Shown here: piece after piece, positions 58,595 to 64,000 of the stretch | Layout: the number at the start of each line of letters is the position of its first letter | How positions within the stretch are numbered: position 1 is the first letter of the stretch | Origin: a virus | Taxonomy: Duplodnaviria > Heunggongvirae > Uroviricota > Caudoviricetes | Reading direction: 5' to 3' (one strand) | Virus record (IMG/VR): IMGVR_UViG_3300010049_000009 | Coordinates: 256,001-320,000 of that record | Length of the DNA stretch: 64,000 nt | Position numbers and translations under genes: made by a program | Notes under the pieces: model-generated | Seen by the model: the letters and a program-made list of their open reading frames with translations, nothing else | Database searches by the model: none | Told to the model about the DNA's origin: nothing

Positions 58595-58626
58595 TTTGGT
58601 TATGTTCTTACTATGTTGTATATTTG
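58595..58626 (+). promoter_or_regulatory. Bacteroidota-type host promoter TTTG-N20-TATATTTG
   Basis: Exact -33 TTTG and -7 TAnnTTTG. Confidence 0.6.
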
Positions 58627-58655
58627 ACTTAAATTAACAATTAAATTTTTATAAA

Positions 58656-58979
58656 ATGAAGAATTTCAGTAATTATATTAAATTAGCGGTAATTGTAATA
58701 TTTGTTAGTGGACTTGTAGCGGCGGTTAGTGTTAGTCAAGAAAATAAATCCAAAACACCGAAGCAAGAAATAACTGATAAGTGGGAGTACTCAACACACC
58801 AAATAACGGGTGTGTTCAATTGCAGCAATTATGCTTCACATGTGTATGAGAACTTTATCGAAGACCTCAATAGAAAACTCAAAACTTGGGGTGAAGAAGG
58901 TTGGGAGTTGGTATCGTTTACCAAAACAGGTGAAGATAAATATTATTTAGTAATCTTAAAACGAAAGAAAAATGAGTGA
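58656..58979 (+). CDS. DUF4177-like membrane-anchored protein
   Basis: KWEY...L...GEEGWELVS...LKRK; N-terminal TM. Confidence 0.75.
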   Translation: MKNFSNYIKLAVIVIFVSGLVAAVSVSQENKSKTPKQEITDKWEYSTHQITGVFNCSNYASHVYENFIEDLNRKLKTWGEEGWELVSFTKTGEDKYYLVILKRKKNE

Positions 58980-59949
58980 ACCAAAAACAATGCTTGAACG
59001 TTTGACGTTTGACGAACTAACAAAACTTACGTTGGGAGAACGTATGAAGTGGTACGAATACCAAACACGCACATCAATCGATCCTACACATTATATCATA
59101 ATAAGGGTTGACGGAAAGGCGTTCCACACATATACCAAAAATATGCAAAAACCGTGGGATCAAGGTATCATAAATAATATGATTGATACTACCAAGTATT
59201 TGTGTGAACATGTTCCGGGTTGTGTTTTTGGATATACACAGTCTGACGAAATATCTTTATTATTAGCACCATCAAACACACCTGGTTGGCAACCATATTT
59301 TAATGGGCAAGTACAAAAGATTGTATCAGTAGTTGCAAGTATGGCGGCAGCGAAGTTTTTTCAGTGTCGTCTATTCACCGAATATAACGAAATGAAAAAC
59401 AAAGAGGTGTTTTTCAACGAAACATTTGAATATTTTGAAAAACCTGAACTTGCCCACTTTGACGCACGTGTGTTCAGTATGGATTGTAAAGACGAAGTCG
59501 TAAGATATTTTATGTGGCGACAAAGAGACGCTATACGAAACAGTGTTCAAGCATTAGCACAACACATGTTTAAGAAACAAGGTCAAAAGTTTATTAACAA
59601 GAAAAACACAGACGAACTTAAACAAATGTTGAAAGAAGCGTATGTAAATGAACTAAGCCAACTCGGCGATTGGGACACCGTTGAAATTTACAAACAACGA
59701 GGAACCGGTATTCGCAAACGAATTGGGTTGTGGAGACGCAAACAAGACGTTGAAGTTGACGCTATGGGTTGTAAATTCCACATGGATTATGTTGGTACTT
59801 TTATCGAAGATGTTACTGATTTTGGTGGTGAAAGTTATTGCGATAAAATAATGAAAGCAAATGGTTTTTATGTGCGCAAAAAGTGGAAACCCGATTTTGA
59901 AATTCCAATATTTGAAGATAATTGGGATTATATTCAAAAATTACTATGA
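58972..59949 (+). CDS. tRNA(His) guanylyltransferase Thg1-like protein (3'-5' polymerase)
   Basis: IIRVDGKAFHTYT, YTQSDEISL, F.G.VQKIVS, FDARVF, YF.WRQRDA.RNS. Confidence 0.93.
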   Translation: MSEPKTMLERLTFDELTKLTLGERMKWYEYQTRTSIDPTHYIIIRVDGKAFHTYTKNMQKPWDQGIINNMIDTTKYLCEHVPGCVFGYTQSDEISLLLAPSNTPGWQPYFNGQVQKIVSVVASMAAAKFFQCRLFTEYNEMKNKEVFFNETFEYFEKPELAHFDARVFSMDCKDEVVRYFMWRQRDAIRNSVQALAQHMFKKQGQKFINKKNTDELKQMLKEAYVNELSQLGDWDTVEIYKQRGTGIRKRIGLWRRKQDVEVDAMGCKFHMDYVGTFIEDVTDFGGESYCDKIMKANGFYVRKKWKPDFEIPIFEDNWDYIQKLL

Positions 59950-59995
59950 AACAAATAATACACAGAAACAATAAAAATTTTAATATTAATAAGTT

Positions 59996-60661
59996 ATGAC
60001 ACCTAAAATGAATAAAACAAAAAACTTGGAACAACATGTAGTTGACAAAATAACGGAAGTTATCAATGTAGATACTATTGATAATGTTATTCAGAATTAC
60101 ATTGTTGAACCACACCTCGAAAACAGAAAGATGTTGGATTTTCACGAATATTACTTCAAAATACTTGAAAATGATAAATATTGTCTCAAAAAAAGTGGTT
60201 TTTTCAAAGAATTTGTGACAAAATATGGTCTAAAAGGTCTTGATAAACAATATCTAAAAGAACTTGAAAGTGACAAACACGTAACATTACAGTACTTTAT
60301 GATTAGTAATCTTGATATTCTATTCAGAATATATTTTGTCAAATTCAACGGCAGTATATTAGAAAACATTCTATTCACCAAAATACTCCACACATTCAGA
60401 CCCGACGAATATACCATATTAGATAACAATATCAGATGCTATTTTAATCTCGAAAATTACGATATATTAACAGCATCTACTATTGTTACACACGGATATA
60501 ATATATGGGGAACAACCAACCACAATCTTATATTAAAGATTTTTGAGACAATCCAAGCACACGAAAACGGTAAAGTGTTCCCAATAGAAAAAATAACATA
60601 TCCCAAATTGCTCGATATGATATTTTATAGTCTGACAAAAAAGGAAAGATCGGATAAATAA
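59996..60661 (+). CDS. hypothetical protein
   Basis: FTKILHT...ILD...KLLDMIFY. Confidence 0.7.
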   Translation: MTPKMNKTKNLEQHVVDKITEVINVDTIDNVIQNYIVEPHLENRKMLDFHEYYFKILENDKYCLKKSGFFKEFVTKYGLKGLDKQYLKELESDKHVTLQYFMISNLDILFRIYFVKFNGSILENILFTKILHTFRPDEYTILDNNIRCYFNLENYDILTASTIVTHGYNIWGTTNHNLILKIFETIQAHENGKVFPIEKITYPKLLDMIFYSLTKKERSDK

Positions 60662-60675
60662 AGTATCTTTATACT
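60649..60675 (+). promoter_or_regulatory. phage promoter ATCGGA-N15-TATACT
   Basis: Overlaps the upstream gene end; precedes the ATG at 60693. Confidence 0.7.
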
Positions 60676-60692
60676 ACCAACCAAAAACAAAA

Positions 60693-60881
60693 ATGATAAT
60701 GGTAACAAAGGAAAATATAGTAAAATTGCTTCAATTAGGGGCGGAAATACAACGGACATATCAATACATTGGATATTATGGTCCCGCTAGTGAATGTATT
60801 TTTTCTGACGACGCTGAAATTGATAAACAAATCGAAAAAGAAGCCGAAGAATGGTTAGTATCTTTCAATAAAAATTTGTAA
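60693..60881 (+). CDS. hypothetical protein
   Basis: 62-aa ORF. Confidence 0.6.
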   Translation: MIMVTKENIVKLLQLGAEIQRTYQYIGYYGPASECIFSDDAEIDKQIEKEAEEWLVSFNKNL

Positions 60882-60892
60882 ATTAGTGGAAT

Positions 60893-61648
60893 ATGTTTAA
60901 TATCATTAAAAATAAAATTGTAAATGCTATGGGAAATTATTCACAGGTAATTGTAAATAATAAAAGCGTAATTTCACAAGTTAATATCGGTGGTAACGTA
61001 GTTATTGGTAATAATTTGGTGGTGAGTGGTGATCTTATCGGCAGCGGCGGTATTTCCAATAACTTTATAAAAGGTAATGGGAATGTTATTACAGACCAAT
61101 TCTTTGAAAGAATCCCCTTTAATAAAGTTGATATTATCAGCGGCGCAGATGTTTATTATAGTAAGGGCGAAGACTACAAAGTTACCGCTCAAACAGATTC
61201 CAATCTTATGGAATTTCTTGATATACGAATAAATGGTGACAAAATAATCGTTAAACTCAAAGACGGTTCATACTCTTTCACCACATTGAAAGTGTATATC
61301 ACCGCACCATATATTACAAATATCATGATAAAGGGTAGTGGAGATTTTATTGGTGAAAACCTTGACCACCCAAACCTCGATGTAAATATATTTGGTTCAG
61401 GTGATACAACACTTACCGGCACAGCAAGTAACCTCAATGTTAAAATAAAGGGTAGTGGAAATTTCAACGGAAAAGAATTTTTGGTTAGTAGAGCAAATGT
61501 TGACGTATTCGGTTCAGGAAATGTAAAAATACGTGTTACAGACGATTTACAAGCAAAAATAAATGGGTCGGGTGACTTGAAGTATTGGGGAAACCCAACA
61601 AATGTAAATACAAATGTATTCGGTTCAGGAAAAGTTAAAAAGAAATAA
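60893..61648 (+). CDS. DUF2807 / head GIN domain beta-helix protein
   Basis: IKGNGNV, repeated I.GSG.. units, L.A.INGSGDL.YWGNP. Confidence 0.85.
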   Translation: MFNIIKNKIVNAMGNYSQVIVNNKSVISQVNIGGNVVIGNNLVVSGDLIGSGGISNNFIKGNGNVITDQFFERIPFNKVDIISGADVYYSKGEDYKVTAQTDSNLMEFLDIRINGDKIIVKLKDGSYSFTTLKVYITAPYITNIMIKGSGDFIGENLDHPNLDVNIFGSGDTTLTGTASNLNVKIKGSGNFNGKEFLVSRANVDVFGSGNVKIRVTDDLQAKINGSGDLKYWGNPTNVNTNVFGSGKVKKK

Positions 61649-61672
61649 TAATCTTGTAAAAAAATTAAACTT

Positions 61673-61864
61673 ATGTTTATAACAGATGCTACCTTTATGG
61701 GACAAGACGGGTCCATGGGATACCGTAATAGTCGAAACTATCGAATTATAGTGGATAGAAATACAATATATTGTATGACACCCGAACAATTTAATATACC
61801 GGGTACAGGTAAATGTGTGTACCAATCAGTTGAATCATTCTTAAAAAATTGGAAAGTATGTTAG
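61673..61864 (+). CDS. hypothetical protein
   Basis: F.GQDGSMGY...Y.S.ESFL.NW. Confidence 0.65.
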   Translation: MFITDATFMGQDGSMGYRNSRNYRIIVDRNTIYCMTPEQFNIPGTGKCVYQSVESFLKNWKVC

Positions 61865-62223
61865 ATATAGTAAAAAAAATAAACAACAATTATAGAATTG
61901 TTAAAAGAGATTTTCGTTCTATCGCACACGAAACAAATACAGATAGAGACGATGTGTTAAAAACATTGGGCAACGGTCTTTGTATAGCAGATATTGGGTC
62001 AATGTATTTCATACAAAGACGGGTATATTGCCTTAAGAATCTTTTTAAATCCATAAAATCGTTTTTTATTCCTGTTTGGGAGGATATATCATATTATGAC
62101 TACGGTTTTGATAAATACGAAGACGCACAAAGATGTTTTTTCAAAGTTGTTAATATGGATATGAACCTGAGTGTAGATATCGTTGTTCCCTACAACTTGA
62201 TAGAGGAAGAAGCAGATAAATAA
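61858..62223 (+). CDS. hypothetical protein
   Basis: YRIVK...YFIQRR...W motif; ATG at 61858. Confidence 0.65.
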   Translation: MLDIVKKINNNYRIVKRDFRSIAHETNTDRDDVLKTLGNGLCIADIGSMYFIQRRVYCLKNLFKSIKSFFIPVWEDISYYDYGFDKYEDAQRCFFKVVNMDMNLSVDIVVPYNLIEEEADK

Positions 62224-62224
62224 C

Positions 62225-62251
62225 ATCGGAATAATATCTTACCCTTATATT
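62225..62251 (+). promoter_or_regulatory. phage promoter ATCGGA-N15-TATATT
   Basis: Intergenic, exact match. Confidence 0.75.
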
Positions 62252-62270
62252 GTAAGAAAAATTAAACAAA

Positions 62271-63086
62271 ATGATTTACAAAGAAAGTCAAGTAAGATTA
62301 ATTGAGGATTTACCAATGCGGGAAAATCGTGCCGCATATCTCGCCGAAAATGCCGGAGGTATGTGGAACACAAAGATTTCTCGCAGAGATTGGCACACCT
62401 GTCCTGAACGTAATCCATGGTCATTGGCAAAATTTTTACTCAAAAAATATACGGGTAAAAGTTATGACAAAATGTTTTCCGAATGGAGTAGCAGAGTTCG
62501 CCATAACGACCTACTTAGGGAATATAAGTGGATTCTTGTAAAAGGTAATATCCAAAAATATCATAACTCATATTATGTAAATGATATGGGGATTGTTAAA
62601 AAGGAAAAAAAGAAAAAATCCAAATACAAAAGAACAGGATTTCCCAAAACCTTTTACAGTGACGATTACAAATGTGCTCATAGAGTTAAACCGGAGTTCA
62701 AACACCTAATCGGGAAAATTAGTACAATCAGAAAGTTCTACTCTCCCCAAACAGGTAAAATGTGGGAAGAACCCGTATATTTAGAACCTGAATACGGAAG
62801 TAATTGGTGGATTATACCCGAACCTTTCAAACAATATGTTGAAAAGGTTACAGTCGAAGGTTTCTCACAAACGTTTGAAAGATCGTGTCCCGAATATCAA
62901 AAACTTTGGTATGAAAGAGATTACGAAAGACGTAGAAGTAAGAAAGAAAAGAAAAAAGCACAAAAAGAAAAGGTGTATGTGTTCAAACACAAAAAACCCG
63001 AAGAGGTTGTAAAACCACTATACGATAAAAGTATATTAGAAGCAATGAAAGGATTAAATGAAGTAATGACAAACCAACAAAGTTAA
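62271..63086 (+). CDS. basic hypothetical protein
   Basis: LPMRE...KFL.K..GK.YDK.FSE...YYV...G. Confidence 0.7.
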   Translation: MIYKESQVRLIEDLPMRENRAAYLAENAGGMWNTKISRRDWHTCPERNPWSLAKFLLKKYTGKSYDKMFSEWSSRVRHNDLLREYKWILVKGNIQKYHNSYYVNDMGIVKKEKKKKSKYKRTGFPKTFYSDDYKCAHRVKPEFKHLIGKISTIRKFYSPQTGKMWEEPVYLEPEYGSNWWIIPEPFKQYVEKVTVEGFSQTFERSCPEYQKLWYERDYERRRSKKEKKKAQKEKVYVFKHKKPEEVVKPLYDKSILEAMKGLNEVMTNQQS

Positions 63087-63091
63087 TAGTT

Positions 63092-63409
63092 ATGGTAAAT
63101 AAAAATTACTATTATTCACATGAAATGGATACACCCCATCTACACGGATTTGATGAGGAAAAAATTCTAACCCTTCAAGTGGATAGACATAAGACCATAC
63201 CAAATTATTATATGGCAACACTGAAAAATCCGTTCATTGACGACGTTAGAATCACACAACCAAATCCGGGTGATATTTCAACCTCAAAGGATACAACACG
63301 GTTTTATTTATCCGTAGATGCAATAAATGCGGGTATATCTCTATACATTAAACATTTCAAGGTATTAGGTTATACATTGTCAATTCACAATAAAAAATTA
63401 GAAATATGA
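63092..63409 (+). CDS. hypothetical protein
   Basis: 105-aa ORF. Confidence 0.65.
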   Translation: MVNKNYYYSHEMDTPHLHGFDEEKILTLQVDRHKTIPNYYMATLKNPFIDDVRITQPNPGDISTSKDTTRFYLSVDAINAGISLYIKHFKVLGYTLSIHNKKLEI

Positions 63410-63756
63410 GAAAGTTTTTAAGAGAGTTTGGTAAATTCATCAGTGGTGAATTTAAAAGCGCAAGTTATGTTCTTTCAGATAGCGTATCGCACCCGATACC
63501 AATGATTTCACATAACTCAAATGATAGATTTTTTACCTTTACCGTAACAAAAATGAAAGACGGTAAATCCTACACAGGTCTTCTTCAAAACGATAATGTT
63601 GTTGACGTGTTTATCGCCCACAACGGTAACAAAAGATACACCTCAAAAGAAGAAGTAATACGACATGGGTTGGTGTTCTATAAAAAATTCCTTCAACCAT
63701 CAGGTTGGGATATTCTACCGGAAATTGTAATTTTAAATCACGCATATACTAAATAA
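63406..63756 (+). CDS. hypothetical protein
   Basis: 116-aa ORF, ATGA overlap. Confidence 0.65.
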   Translation: MRKFLREFGKFISGEFKSASYVLSDSVSHPIPMISHNSNDRFFTFTVTKMKDGKSYTGLLQNDNVVDVFIAHNGNKRYTSKEEVIRHGLVFYKKFLQPSGWDILPEIVILNHAYTK

Positions 63757-63757
63757 A

Positions 63758-64000
63758 ATGGAGTTGGATTTATATACATATGATCCCTGTGTTTTAGACC
63801 GCACACGAAGAGATAAAAACATATTTAAGAATAGAAATATGGTAAACTCAATATTTGAAAGAGCAAAAGTATATAACAAAACAAAAGCAGATAGTAAATT
63901 TGCATTTGATAACTTATGTAAAGAATTGCAAAAACACACAGACAGGGAAATATTGTTAAACGATTTTCAAGCTGATGGTGTATGTGTGGGGTTTGTTTGT
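63758..64000 (+). CDS. hypothetical protein (3'-truncated)
   Basis: Open from the ATG at 63758 (MELDLYTYDPC...) to the window end. Confidence 0.55.
   Translation, partial: MELDLYTYDPCVLDRTRRDKNIFKNRNMVNSIFERAKVYNKTKADSKFAFDNLCKELQKHTDREILLNDFQADGVCVGFVC

Noticed and set aside
61189-61716. 175-aa antisense ORF and many other 60-130-aa antisense ORFs in the track
   Set aside because: Shadow ORFs opposite well-supported genes, with low-complexity F/S/L/I composition and no promoters.
1-64000. Stop-codon reassignment, as in some Bacteroidota jumbo phages
   Set aside because: Conserved genes (thyA, nrdJ, metK and 1600-1850-aa structural ORFs) are intact and tightly packed under code 11.
1-64000. 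tRNA or rRNA genes
   Set aside because: No cloverleaf or T-loop signature seen in the short intergenic gaps by eye; tRNAscan would be needed to exclude them fully.

Overview
This 64 kb window is a fragment of an AT-rich, densely coding jumbo myovirus-type phage genome read in genetic code 11. A Bacteroidota host is likely, inferred from TTTG-N19-20-TAnnTTTG-like promoters and A-rich, Shine-Dalgarno-free starts. It encodes replication and nucleotide genes (probable PolB C-terminus, folA, thyA, class II RNR, UvrD-like helicase), two orphan DNA methyltransferases and three sigma70-family factors. Host-like metabolic genes include mgsA, metK, dnaJ, a Thg1-like protein, a NUDIX hydrolase and a CX5R phosphatase. 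Virion genes (neck, tape measure, baseplate) and dispersed lysis genes are also present. No tRNA, rRNA or CRISPR array was seen by eye. Four signals stand out. (1) A phage MetK lies directly beside a T3-SAMase-like SAM lyase candidate that carries a putative head-packaging leader. (2) A 23-bp motif occurs five times and forms inverted ends around two single-gene cassettes in opposite orientation, one of them carrying the SAM-lyase-like gene. (3) Two phage-specific promoter classes are present: ATCGGA-N15-TATAYT and CTATTTATA. (4) One sigma factor has a duplicated region 4. All product calls come from motif recognition by eye; no database search was run.
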